Positions 26,192 to 35,778 of a stretch of 64,000 nt of DNA are shown piece by piece. Numbering within the stretch: position 1 is the first letter of the stretch; each line of letters opens with the position of its first letter. The stretch is from an uncultured Bacillales bacterium. Its GTDB lineage: Bacteria; Bacillota_I; Bacilli_A; RF39; UBA660. The translations under genes and the position numbers were made by a program. The notes beneath the pieces were generated by a model. The model had not been told where the DNA came from, searched no databases, and saw nothing but the letters and a program-made list of their open reading frames with translations. The stretch is taken from contig CANOYR010000009.1 in the NCBI GenBank assembly GCA_947571655.1, positions 298 through 64,297 on the forward strand. The letters run 5' to 3'.

Positions 26192-26589
26192 AAGAATTAA
26201 TCAAGAAACATGAAAAATTATTTTATCAAATTTTAAAATTTGGTGTTGTAGGGGGAGGAGCCTTTCTCATTGACTATTCCATTCTTTATGTTTTAACAGA
26301 GTTTGTCGGAATCTACTATCTAACATCCTCTATTATTTCCTTTATTATATCCTTAATTTTTAATTATATTTTAAGTATTTATTGGGTATTTGATGTAACA
26401 AAAAAACAGACAGGAAAAGAAATTGCCATTTTTGTAATTTTAAGTGTAATTGGACTTGGAATTAATCAAATTGTGATGTACGCTGGATCAGATGTATTTC
26501 ATATTTATTATATGTTTACCAAATTAGTAGCAACATTTATCGTTATGGTGTGGAACTTTGTTACAAGAAAAATATTCATTGAAAAATAA
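26188..26589 (+). CDS. GtrA-family membrane protein (lipid-linked sugar flippase-like)
   Basis: It is 133 aa with 4 TM helices. FGVVGGGAFLIDYSILYVL and VWNFVTRKIF are the GtrA signature ends. Its start overlaps the upstream gene by ATGA. Confidence 0.85.
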   Translation: MKELIKKHEKLFYQILKFGVVGGGAFLIDYSILYVLTEFVGIYYLTSSIISFIISLIFNYILSIYWVFDVTKKQTGKEIAIFVILSVIGLGINQIVMYAGSDVFHIYYMFTKLVATFIVMVWNFVTRKIFIEK

Positions 26590-26735
26590 AAAGTAAAAAA
26601 CAGAAGTATTAGTATGAAATAGGAGTTAAATAACATAAGAAAGAAAAATTGAAAAATTTTAAATCATAGAAAAACTTTAAAAAAGAATAATTTTTAAAAA
26701 TTCTATCATAAAAAAGTGAAAGGGGAGGAAAGAAA

Positions 26736-28352
26736 TTGGATAAAATATACATATTTGGTCATCAAAAACCAGATACAGATTCTGTAACAAGTGCAATTTC
26801 ATTATCCTATTTAAAAAATCAACTAGGTATGAATACTGAACCAAGAATTCTTGGCGATTTATCCAATGAAACCAAGTTTGTACTGAACTATTTTAACGTA
26901 AAGCAACCAAAAATCCTAGATGATGTTAAGTTGCAGTTAAAAGACTTAAATTATCATAAGGGATTTTTTTTAGATGAATGTACTTCTATTAAGGATACCT
27001 ATGATTATATGACAGAAAAGGCAATTACAGGAGTACCACTTGTCAATCAAAAAAAGAAATTTATTGGTTTAATCACAGTGAAAGGAATTATTAACAGCCT
27101 AATTCGTGGAGATATGGATACTTTAGAAACCTCTTACGATAACATTCTAAGTGTTTTAGATGGAGAAGAAATCTTACGATTTGATGATGAAATCTATGGA
27201 ACTCTGATGGCAGCTACTTATCGTAGTACCACAATACTAAATACAATCGAATTAAAAAATAATGATATTTTAATTGTTGGAGATCGCCATAGTATTATTG
27301 AATATGCTGTAGAAAGTGGAGTAAAGTTAATTATTGTAGTAGGAGATGCCAGAATTAAAGATGAACATTTAAAAATTGCAAAGAAAAATCGGGTGAATAT
27401 CATAAGAACTTCAAAAACTACATTTCATACAACCAAAATTATTGGATTAAGTAACTATATTCGAACCCTAAATGAAAATATTCGTCCCTACACATTTAAC
27501 GAAGATTACTACTATGATGACTTCTTAATCAAGACATCAAAACTTAAATATAATAACTATCCAATCATAGGAAAAAACGATATTTGTAAAGGATTAATTC
27601 GTATTACTGAAATTACAGAAAAAAATCGTAAGAAAGTCATTTTAGTCGATCACAATGAAATCGAACAAAGTGTAGAAGGATTAGAAGAGGCAGAAATTAT
27701 TGAAATTGTTGATCATCATAAAGTAGGAAGCATTTCAACAAATACACCAATTGATTTTCGTATTATGACTGTTGGATGTACAAATACCATTATTCATAAA
27801 CTCTATCAAGAAAACCATATAGAAATTCCAAAATCAATTGCTGGATTAATGCTTTCTGGAATTCTTTCTGATACGACAGCTCTGACTTCTCCGACTACTA
27901 CAGAGTTAGACAAAGAGGCAGTAAAAGACCTTGCTAAAATTGTAGGATTAGATTATCATAAATACGCCTTAGAAATGTTTAAAGCAGGTACTTCTTTAAA
28001 AGGAATGACCGAAGAAGAAGTCGTTACAACGGATATTAAAGTCTTCCAAAAAGAGGATACGAAGTTTGCAATTAGTCAAGTATTTACTCTAAATTTTGAA
28101 GAAATTTTAACTAAAAAAGAAAAATATTTGGAAATTATTGAACAGATTTCCAATGATAAAGAGTATCGTTTTATTCTTTTAATTATCACAGATATTATTA
28201 AAAATGGGTCCTATGTATTTTACAGTAAAGGAGCAATAGAACTTGTAGAGGCAATTTTTGAATTAGATAAAGTACCACAAGGACATTACGTAGATGGCTG
28301 GGTTTCTAGAAAAAAACAAATTGTACCAGTGCTTATGGATATTATTCATTAG
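26736..28352 (+). CDS. ppaC: Family II (DHH) inorganic pyrophosphatase with inserted CBS/DRTGG regulatory region
   Basis: The N-terminal IYIFGHQKPDTDSVTSAISL is DHH motif I. An insertion of ~250 aa follows, then VDHNE, VDHHK and the DHHA2 region (LSGILSDT). A length of 538 aa fits the CBS-PPase type. Confidence 0.8.
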   Translation: MDKIYIFGHQKPDTDSVTSAISLSYLKNQLGMNTEPRILGDLSNETKFVLNYFNVKQPKILDDVKLQLKDLNYHKGFFLDECTSIKDTYDYMTEKAITGVPLVNQKKKFIGLITVKGIINSLIRGDMDTLETSYDNILSVLDGEEILRFDDEIYGTLMAATYRSTTILNTIELKNNDILIVGDRHSIIEYAVESGVKLIIVVGDARIKDEHLKIAKKNRVNIIRTSKTTFHTTKIIGLSNYIRTLNENIRPYTFNEDYYYDDFLIKTSKLKYNNYPIIGKNDICKGLIRITEITEKNRKKVILVDHNEIEQSVEGLEEAEIIEIVDHHKVGSISTNTPIDFRIMTVGCTNTIIHKLYQENHIEIPKSIAGLMLSGILSDTTALTSPTTTELDKEAVKDLAKIVGLDYHKYALEMFKAGTSLKGMTEEEVVTTDIKVFQKEDTKFAISQVFTLNFEEILTKKEKYLEIIEQISNDKEYRFILLIITDIIKNGSYVFYSKGAIELVEAIFELDKVPQGHYVDGWVSRKKQIVPVLMDIIH

Positions 28353-28375
28353 AGAAGAGAAATCTTCTTTTTTCT
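28351..28375 (+). terminator. Intrinsic terminator after ppaC
   Basis: AGAAGA (28353-28358) pairs with TCTTCT (28363-28368) across a 4-nt loop, followed by a T-run. Confidence 0.55.
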
Positions 28376-28451
28376 TTCAATTCTAGGATAATTCGATAAA
28401 AAAGTTAATATATTAAAATAAACTATGTTATAATGGTAGAGATATAAGGAA

Positions 28452-29330
28452 GTGAAAATATTGAAAAACATAATTTTAGTAATTAAAGGATTTGTGATGG
28501 GAATTGCAAACATTATTCCAGGAGTGAGTGGGGGTACTTTGGCATTAACCTTAGGTATTTATGAACAATTTATTGGTGCGATTAGCCACTTTTTTGAAAA
28601 GTTTAAGGAAAATATTCAGTTTTTGATTCCAATTTTTATTGGAATGGCATTGGCAATTATAAGCATGAGTAATATCATTTCCAGTAGTTTTGAAAATTAC
28701 CCAATTCCAACAACATTATTCTTTATAGGACTAGTTCTTGGAGGAATTCCAATGCTATTAGGATTTGTAAAAGGAAAAAAAGAGCAAAAAGAAATTTCTA
28801 GTTATGTGATTGCTTTCTTAACTTTTGCATTAGTAATTATCCTTGCTTTTTCAGAACAATTATTTGGTGGTGGATTGAAAGAGGTCAATTTAGGAAATGT
28901 TTCAATAGGAGGATATCTTTTACTATTTTTAGTTGGAGTCATTGCAGCAGCTACCATGATAATTCCAGGAGTCAGTGGATCTCTTGTTTTAATGCTTCTT
29001 GGATACTACATTCCAGTCGTAAATACAATTAAAGATTTAACCAAATTTAATCATATCTTCTCCAATTGTTTAATTTTAGGATTCTTTGGAATTGGTGTAT
29101 TGATAGGAATCGTTTTAATTTCAAAACTAATCGAATATTTACTAAAAAAACAAGAGGCAAAGACCTATTTTGGAGTATTGGGATTTGTTCTTTCTAGTGT
29201 TGTAGCGATTCCAGTTTCCGTATACAATGAGATTGGAGAAATTCCTTTTTCTTTATCACAGGTGTTAATTGGAATCATTTTCTTAGTACTTGGTGGAATG
29301 ATTGGTTATAAATTAGGAGGAAAAAAATGA
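28452..29330 (+). CDS. DUF368-family membrane protein (candidate undecaprenyl-phosphate translocase, PopT-type)
   Basis: The motif G-x-A-N-I-I-P-G-V-S-G-G-T appears near the N-terminus and is repeated as M-I-I-P-G-V-S-G-S in the second half. This is the internal-duplication hallmark of DUF368. The start is the GTG at 28452 or the TTG at 28461. Confidence 0.8.
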   Translation: MKILKNIILVIKGFVMGIANIIPGVSGGTLALTLGIYEQFIGAISHFFEKFKENIQFLIPIFIGMALAIISMSNIISSSFENYPIPTTLFFIGLVLGGIPMLLGFVKGKKEQKEISSYVIAFLTFALVIILAFSEQLFGGGLKEVNLGNVSIGGYLLLFLVGVIAAATMIIPGVSGSLVLMLLGYYIPVVNTIKDLTKFNHIFSNCLILGFFGIGVLIGIVLISKLIEYLLKKQEAKTYFGVLGFVLSSVVAIPVSVYNEIGEIPFSLSQVLIGIIFLVLGGMIGYKLGGKK

Positions 29331-30142
29331 GATTAGATGTAATTTTTTTAGCGATTATTCAAGGAATCGCAGAATTTTTACCAATTTCTTCTAGCGCTCA
29401 TTTAATTATTTTTAGAGATTTATTTGGAATTGGATCCTCTGTAATTAATGGTGATTTGGCACTTGCGTTTGATATTGCTCTTCATTTTGGGACACTGCTT
29501 GCGATAGCTCTTTATTTCTTTAATGATTTTTTATCTATGGTTTTAAAGGGGGTAACAACAGGAACTAAAACACAAGAGGGAAAAATGTTTTGGTATATTG
29601 TTGCTGCGACAATCCCAGCAGCAATCGTTGGTGTATTATTTGAAGATGTCATTGAAAAAGCAATTCGTGGAAACTTTCTTTTAATTGCCTCGGCCCTCAT
29701 TATAATGGGTGTAATTATTTATATAACAGATAAGGTTTCCAAACAGACAAAGAATTTTAAAAAAATGGGAATTAAAGATGCCTTACTAATTGGTTGTAGT
29801 CAAGTATTTGCCCTAATTCCTGGTTTTTCTAGAAGCGGAACCACAATCGCAGCAGCAAGGACTCTTCAATTCAATAGAGAAGAAGCAGCTAAATTTTCTT
29901 TTTATCTATCTGCTCCTGTTGTTTTTGGCGCAGTAGTTCTTAGTGTTTTTGATGAAGTTACAATGGCCGCAATTCAAGCGAATTTATCAATTTTTATCAT
30001 AGGAATCCTAGTTGCTTTTATTTCAGGCTTATTGTGTATTGAATTCTTATTAAAATACATTAAAAAACATGATTTTAAAATGTTCATGTGGTATCGCATA
30101 TTATTAGGATTTGTTGTAATAGTATATACATTATTAAAATAG
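29327..30142 (+). CDS. uppP: Undecaprenyl-diphosphate phosphatase UppP/BacA
   Basis: IIQGIAEFLPISSSAHLII and IPGFSRSGTTI are the two BacA motifs. An AGGAGG RBS precedes the start, which overlaps the DUF368 gene stop by ATGA. Confidence 0.93.
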   Translation: MRLDVIFLAIIQGIAEFLPISSSAHLIIFRDLFGIGSSVINGDLALAFDIALHFGTLLAIALYFFNDFLSMVLKGVTTGTKTQEGKMFWYIVAATIPAAIVGVLFEDVIEKAIRGNFLLIASALIIMGVIIYITDKVSKQTKNFKKMGIKDALLIGCSQVFALIPGFSRSGTTIAAARTLQFNREEAAKFSFYLSAPVVFGAVVLSVFDEVTMAAIQANLSIFIIGILVAFISGLLCIEFLLKYIKKHDFKMFMWYRILLGFVVIVYTLLK

Positions 30143-30153
30143 GAGAGATAGAA

Positions 30154-30906
30154 ATGAATGGACTAACATTGACACTATTCTTAGGACTCTTTATTATTGT
30201 AGGAGCAATCATTGTATTTATCTTTGATAATAATCAAAAATTTTTGGAATTTTCTCTTGCCTTGGCACTAAGTGTTATTCTTATGTTACTAATTGTAGAT
30301 ATTATTCCAGAAGCCTACGAGGCAGTAGATACGGGAAATTTTTTGATGAATCTTTTAATTCTAGGGTTTGGTGCTGGGATTGGTTTTTTCTTTCTAAAAA
30401 TTTTAGATCATTTTATCCCTGATCATGAAGATAATCCAGAAACAACAGAAGACGATGATAGAAATCTAAATCATATTGGACTTATTTCTAGTGTTGCCCT
30501 AGTAATTCATAATATTGTAGAAGGAATTGCGATTTATACACTCTATAATACAGATCCACGTGCTGGAATTATGACTGGAATTGGAGTAGGTCTACATAAC
30601 ATCCCACTGGGAATGGTCATTGCTTCTACGTTTTATCAGCACAATAAAAGTAAAAAAAGAACCAGTTTTATCCTTTTTGGCATTTCCTTATCTACCTTTT
30701 TAGGAGGATTTATAATGAATCTTTTTCATATTCATGAAATGATTCACTTTGTGGAAGTAATTTCCTTGTCTATGACACTTGGAATGTTATCTTATATTTC
30801 AATTATAGAATTAGTCCCAAAAGTAAAACATTGTATCTATAAAAAAATAACAATGGCAGGTTTGATAATAGGTGTTATTTTATTATTAATCCCAATCGTT
30901 TTATAA
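30154..30906 (+). CDS. ZIP-family divalent metal transporter (ZupT-like)
   Basis: HNIVEGIAI and GLHNIPLGMV are ZIP motifs. A His/Asp-rich loop (DHFIPDHEDNPETTEDDD) is present. A GGAGAG RBS precedes the ATG at 30154, and the track start at 30088 overlaps uppP. Confidence 0.8.
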   Translation: MNGLTLTLFLGLFIIVGAIIVFIFDNNQKFLEFSLALALSVILMLLIVDIIPEAYEAVDTGNFLMNLLILGFGAGIGFFFLKILDHFIPDHEDNPETTEDDDRNLNHIGLISSVALVIHNIVEGIAIYTLYNTDPRAGIMTGIGVGLHNIPLGMVIASTFYQHNKSKKRTSFILFGISLSTFLGGFIMNLFHIHEMIHFVEVISLSMTLGMLSYISIIELVPKVKHCIYKKITMAGLIIGVILLLIPIVL

Positions 30907-31043
30907 AATATTAAAAAATGATTGATAAAAATTAGAAAAAGGAAAGAAACAAGCTTTCTTTTTTCTTTTTCATAGACCAATGAATTTTTGTATAATTAAA
31001 AGCAAAAATACATATATTTAATTAAGAGAATCTTTGTGTAAAC

Positions 31044-31070
31044 TTTTGTATAATTTTCTCTTATACAAAA
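31044..31070. promoter_or_regulatory. Perfect 10-bp inverted repeat overlapping a TATAAT box upstream of mraY
   Basis: TTTTGTATAA (31044-31053) and TTATACAAAA (31061-31070) flank 7 nt, and TATAAT lies at 31049-31054. Two further TATAAT boxes lie at 30991-30996 and 31091-31096. Confidence 0.4.
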
Positions 31071-31131
31071 TAAAAAATATATTTTTATAGTATAATTAAA
31101 TAATAGATATGGAGAAACAGGAGTGATTTGG

Positions 31132-32121
31132 ATGAACAATATGTTGCTTTTAACAAAATCAATGTTTGCCATAATGATTGGTTTTTTAGGAGCTGTAGTT
31201 TTAGGTTTTTTTCTAATTCCCCTTCTTCGGCATTTAAAAGTTGGACAGAGAATTAGTATCTATGTTGGAGAAAACCATCGAAAGAAGGAAGGAACCCCAA
31301 CAATGGGAGGATTAATATTTATTCTTCCAACACTATTCGCAACACTTTTTCTTCTTCTTTTAAACAAAATGAGTTATACAACTAATTTAGGAATTGTGTT
31401 AGTTGTTTTTGTTGGATATGCGATTATTGGCTTTTTAGATGACTATTTAAGTATTCGAAGGCATAATAATGAAGGACTAACAGAATTTCAAAAATTACTT
31501 GGTCAAATTATCATCGCTTTAATCTTTTTCTTCATGTATATGAAGAGTGGTGGGCAAACAACACTAATTGTTGCTACTTTAGGAATTCATATTGAAATGG
31601 GTTGGGTTTATGGACTGTTTATCTTGTTCTTATTGGTCGGTGCCTCGAATGCTGTCAATTTGACGGATGGATTAGATGGACTTGCCGGAGGATTATCTGC
31701 AATTGCATTCATAGCCTTCAGCTTAATCTCCATGGTCGTTGGATTTCAGGATATGGGAATTTTCACCTTTATTCTAGTTGGAGCAATTATTGGCTTTTTG
31801 GTTTATAATACTCATCCTGCCAAAATCTTTATGGGTGATACAGGCAGTTTAGCCCTTGGAGGTGTAATGGCAACCATTGCAATACTTACACACCGTGAAG
31901 TAACATTAGGCGTTGTTGCAGGAGTATTTGTAATTGAAACACTAAGTGTAATCTTGCAAGTAATTTGGCTAACATTTTTTAAGAAAAAGTTATTTTTAAT
32001 GTCCCCACTTCATCACCATTTTGAAAAATTAGGCTGGGAAGAAAGAGATATCGTTAAATTGTTTTGGACATTTGGGTTAGTTCTAGCAATGAGTGGTATT
32101 TTCTTTGGGGTATGGTTATAG
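31132..32121 (+). CDS. mraY: Phospho-N-acetylmuramoyl-pentapeptide transferase MraY
   Basis: KKEGTPTMGGLIFI, NAVNLTDGLDGLA, MGDTGSLALGG and SPLHHHFE are canonical MraY motifs. An AGGAG RBS lies 9 nt before the ATG at 31132 (the ORF opens at the GTG at 31123). Confidence 0.95.
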   Translation: MNNMLLLTKSMFAIMIGFLGAVVLGFFLIPLLRHLKVGQRISIYVGENHRKKEGTPTMGGLIFILPTLFATLFLLLLNKMSYTTNLGIVLVVFVGYAIIGFLDDYLSIRRHNNEGLTEFQKLLGQIIIALIFFFMYMKSGGQTTLIVATLGIHIEMGWVYGLFILFLLVGASNAVNLTDGLDGLAGGLSAIAFIAFSLISMVVGFQDMGIFTFILVGAIIGFLVYNTHPAKIFMGDTGSLALGGVMATIAILTHREVTLGVVAGVFVIETLSVILQVIWLTFFKKKLFLMSPLHHHFEKLGWEERDIVKLFWTFGLVLAMSGIFFGVWL

Positions 32122-32148
32122 TTAAAATTATTAGAAAGCAGGTTAGGA

Positions 32149-33246
32149 ATGAAAAGTAGAAAATTTGATTTTGTTCTTTTTATTGCCGTACTTATCTTAA
32201 TATTATTTGGACTTATAATGATTTATTCTGCTTCTTCGATTTGGGCAGAATACAAGTTTCACGATAGTTTTAAATACGTGAAACAGCAAGCATTATTTAT
32301 TGGAATAGGGATTATATTACTATTAGCAGTTGCGAAAATCGATTATCGATTGTACTATAAAAAGGCAAATCTAATTTTAGGGATTTGTCTTTTATTATTA
32401 GTTTTAGTATTAATTCCAGGAATTGGTACGATTAGAAATGGTAGTCAAAGTTGGTTTGGAATTGGTTCTTTTGGAGTTCAACCGAGTGAATTTGCGAAAT
32501 TAGGATTAATTATCTTTACCTCTAAATATTTAGTCAAAAACGAGAAAATACTAAAAGAAATCAAAAAAGGGGTTTTTCCAATTCTTGGTATCTTATTTTT
32601 GATTTTTGGATTAATCATGTTACAACCAGATTTTGGAACAGGAATGATTATTGTCGTTAGCATTTTAGCTATGATGTTCATTGCCGGAGTAGATATTAAA
32701 TTCTTTTTGGTTCTTGGAGGAATTGGAGTTTTTGGAATTATTGGACTGATTGCCATCGCTCCATATCGAATGGATCGAATTGTTTCCTTTTTGAATCCAT
32801 GGAAAGACCCCCTAGGAACAGGATTTCAAATCATTCAAAGTTTATATGCCATTGGTCCAGGAGGATTACTAGGACAAGGATTTTTGAACTCTAGACAGAA
32901 ACAATTTTACCTACCAGAGCCTCAAACTGATTTTATTTTCTCTGTAATTAGTGAAGAGTTTGGAGTTCTAGGAGTATTAATTGTTAGTTCTCTATTTTTA
33001 ACAATTCTTTATCGAGGAATTCAAATTGCCTTAAAGGCACCTGACAATTTTTCTAAATACTTGGCCTTCGGGATGATTTTTCAGATTTTAATACAGACTG
33101 TGATGAATTTGATGGTTGTAATTGGTTTAATTCCTGTTACAGGAGTTACACTACCATTTCTTTCTTATGGAGGAAGTAGTTTACTAATCACCATCATTAG
33201 TGTTGGAATTCTCTTAAATATCTCTAAAACAGAAGAGAAAAAATAA
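32149..33246 (+). CDS. ftsW: SEDS-family peptidoglycan polymerase FtsW/SpoVE
   Basis: It has about 10 TM helices. QPSEFAKL, LQPDFGT, PEPQTDFIFSVI.EE.G and GVTLPFLSYGGSS are SEDS motifs. It sits in the dcw context. Confidence 0.9.
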   Translation: MKSRKFDFVLFIAVLILILFGLIMIYSASSIWAEYKFHDSFKYVKQQALFIGIGIILLLAVAKIDYRLYYKKANLILGICLLLLVLVLIPGIGTIRNGSQSWFGIGSFGVQPSEFAKLGLIIFTSKYLVKNEKILKEIKKGVFPILGILFLIFGLIMLQPDFGTGMIIVVSILAMMFIAGVDIKFFLVLGGIGVFGIIGLIAIAPYRMDRIVSFLNPWKDPLGTGFQIIQSLYAIGPGGLLGQGFLNSRQKQFYLPEPQTDFIFSVISEEFGVLGVLIVSSLFLTILYRGIQIALKAPDNFSKYLAFGMIFQILIQTVMNLMVVIGLIPVTGVTLPFLSYGGSSLLITIISVGILLNISKTEEKK

Positions 33247-33732
33247 AAGAAAAAACTTCTTTTTTCTTAGTAAAAAGGCAAATTTCAAAAAAAGGTAAAA
33301 AATCAAAAAAATGTCAAGAAAAATATTATGTTATTTTAACAAAAAAAGATAACATGTAAACTAGGATAGAATATTGCCATTATTATACAAGAATTTACGT
33401 GTATAGACAGGTTATTATTTTACACTTTTATTTACATTGTAAAAATACGTAAACAAATAGACATTACCACTTAGTAAAAATATGTTATTTATATGATGTC
33501 AAAGTGAAGTTTTAAACTGTCATTTTATGTAGAAAAAAAATTTCCCGGGAAATAATTTCAGCCTTTAAATAAAAGAATATCAAAAAAAAGAAGGAACAAA
33601 ATTATGCTCTTGTTCTCTTAAAATTAGAACCCCTGATAGAGTAGAAAAAAAGGATTCTTGAATTAATTTTGTTTTTTTAATTTTCTATTTTTAAAATAGA
33701 CAGTCATATTAGAAATCAAGCTCAAGAAATCG

Positions 33733-33761
33733 TGGATAAAAGCATATACTTATGTTATAAT
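33733..33761 (+). promoter_or_regulatory. Candidate sigmaA promoter for murG-murB-divIB
   Basis: TGGATA (33733-33738), a 17-nt spacer with TG at 33753-33754 (extended -10) and TATAAT (33756-33761) lie 20 nt upstream of the murG ATG. Confidence 0.45.
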
Positions 33762-33781
33762 GACATATAGGGTGTGGTAGA

Positions 33782-34864
33782 ATGAGAGTTATTGTTAGTG
33801 CTGGAGGAACAGGTGGACATATTTATCCTGCGTTAGCGATTATCGAAAAAATTAAAGAAAAAGAGCCAAATAGTGAATTTTTATATATTGGAACAACCGA
33901 TCGAATGGAACATGAAATTATTCCAAAGGAAAATATTCCTTATTTAGGAATTAAAATTTCAGGACTAAACCGAAAACATTTACTTTCTAACTTTAAAGTA
34001 CTAAAAAACTATTGGAAAAGTGTTCGCATTTTAAAGAAGAAAATAAAAGAATTTCATCCTGATATCGTATTAGGTGTTGGAGGATATGTAACAGCACCTG
34101 TGATATCAACTGCAAAGAAATTAGGATATAAAACGTTGATTCATGAACAAAATTCAATTCCAGGAGTTTCAAACAAATTTTTATCGAAATATGCAGATAA
34201 GATTGGCGTATCTTTAGAAGAAAGCATTCAATATTTTCCAAAAGAAAAGGTCTTCTTTTCAGGCAATCCTAGAAGTGAGATAGTTGCGAGAGTAAAACCT
34301 ATTTCAAAAAAAACATTGGGACTTTCGGAAAATAAAAAGCTTGTTTTAATCGTGATGGGTTCCTTGGGATCCACGACAATGAATCAAAAACTAAAAGAAA
34401 TGCTTTCCTCTTTTCAAGAGAAAACCTATGAAGTTATTTTTGTTACAGGAAAGGGGTATTTTGAACAATTTAAAAATGAAAAGTTACCTTTGAATGTAAA
34501 AGTAGTTCCTTATTTAGAAGAGATGCTTTCAGTATTAAAGAAAACAGATTTAATTGTAACTAGAGCAGGGGCTTCTACGATTGCTGAAATTACTGCGATT
34601 GGTCTTCCAAGTATTATGATACCTAGTCCTTATGTAACACACAATCATCAATTGAAAAATGCAAAGGCATTAGAAAACAAAAATGCAACAGTAATAATAG
34701 AAGAAAAAGACTTTACAAAAGAAATTTTAATTCAAAAAGTGGATTTTATCTTGAATGATACTATAGTTTATGAGAAAATGAAAAAGAGTGCAAAGGCATT
34801 AGGAGTACAAGATTCTGCTACTAGAATTTATAAAGTAATTCGTACTTTGATAGATGGAGAATAG
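33782..34864 (+). CDS. murG: UDP-GlcNAc:lipid I N-acetylglucosaminyltransferase MurG
   Basis: The sequences MRVIVSAGGTGGHIYPALAI, GGYVTAPV, TRAGASTIAE and the neighbouring motifs are canonical MurG motifs. Confidence 0.95.
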   Translation: MRVIVSAGGTGGHIYPALAIIEKIKEKEPNSEFLYIGTTDRMEHEIIPKENIPYLGIKISGLNRKHLLSNFKVLKNYWKSVRILKKKIKEFHPDIVLGVGGYVTAPVISTAKKLGYKTLIHEQNSIPGVSNKFLSKYADKIGVSLEESIQYFPKEKVFFSGNPRSEIVARVKPISKKTLGLSENKKLVLIVMGSLGSTTMNQKLKEMLSSFQEKTYEVIFVTGKGYFEQFKNEKLPLNVKVVPYLEEMLSVLKKTDLIVTRAGASTIAEITAIGLPSIMIPSPYVTHNHQLKNAKALENKNATVIIEEKDFTKEILIQKVDFILNDTIVYEKMKKSAKALGVQDSATRIYKVIRTLIDGE

Positions 34865-34866
34865 AC

Positions 34867-35772
34867 ATGGAAGAATTATTAAAAGAAATTAAGAAAGAAG
34901 AATTGGGGAAAGTTCTAACAAATGTTTCTTTAAAAGAACATACTACATATAAAGTAGGTGGAGTTTGTAAGACAATGGTTTTTCCAAAAACAATAGATGC
35001 TTTGGTAAGTTTAATTCGTAAATTAAAAGCAAAAAAGACTCCCTATATGATTTTAGGAAAAGGATCAAATGTTTTATTCAGTGATCAAGAATATCCAGGT
35101 GTTATAATTAAATTAGATAATTTAAATCAAATTACTTGGAAAGGAAATAAATTGATTGTTGGTGCAGGGGCTTCCTTAATGAAAGTTTCTTTAATGGCGG
35201 TTAGAAAAGGACTTGCTGGATTAGAATTTGCAACTGGAATTCCTGGTTCGATTGGTGGAGCAATTTATATGAATGCGGGTGCCTATAAAAGTGATATGGG
35301 ATATGTAGTTTCCTCTATTAAAGTACTAACTCCAAATCTTAGAATCATCACAATGGTAAATAAAGAACTTCAATTTCATTATCGAACCTCCTTTTTAAAA
35401 ACACACCCAGGTTATATCTGCCTAGAAGCAACAATGAAATTAAAATCTGGGAAAAGAGAAGCTTTAGAAGAAGTTGTAGCAGAAAGAAAAAAACGTAGAT
35501 TAGAAACACAACCTTTAGAATTTCCGTCTGCAGGAAGTGTCTTTCGAAATCCAGAAGGAAAGTTTGCTGGAAAATTAATTGAAGATTTAGGTTATAAAGG
35601 TCTAATGAAGGGTGGCGCAATGATTAGCAAAAAACATGCCAACTTTATTATTAATTATCAAAATGCAAAAGCACAAGATATCAAAGACTTAATTGATTTT
35701 GTACGAGAAGAAGTAAAAGAAAAATATCAAGTGGAGTTAACAGTAGAACAAGAATTTAAAAATTGGGAGTAG
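34867..35772 (+). CDS. murB: UDP-N-acetylenolpyruvoylglucosamine reductase MurB
   Basis: HTTYKVGG, ILGKGSNVLF, AGSVFRNP and GGAMISKKHANFIIN are MurB motifs. Confidence 0.95.
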   Translation: MEELLKEIKKEELGKVLTNVSLKEHTTYKVGGVCKTMVFPKTIDALVSLIRKLKAKKTPYMILGKGSNVLFSDQEYPGVIIKLDNLNQITWKGNKLIVGAGASLMKVSLMAVRKGLAGLEFATGIPGSIGGAIYMNAGAYKSDMGYVVSSIKVLTPNLRIITMVNKELQFHYRTSFLKTHPGYICLEATMKLKSGKREALEEVVAERKKRRLETQPLEFPSAGSVFRNPEGKFAGKLIEDLGYKGLMKGGAMISKKHANFIINYQNAKAQDIKDLIDFVREEVKEKYQVELTVEQEFKNWE

Positions 35773-35778
35773 CAATCT

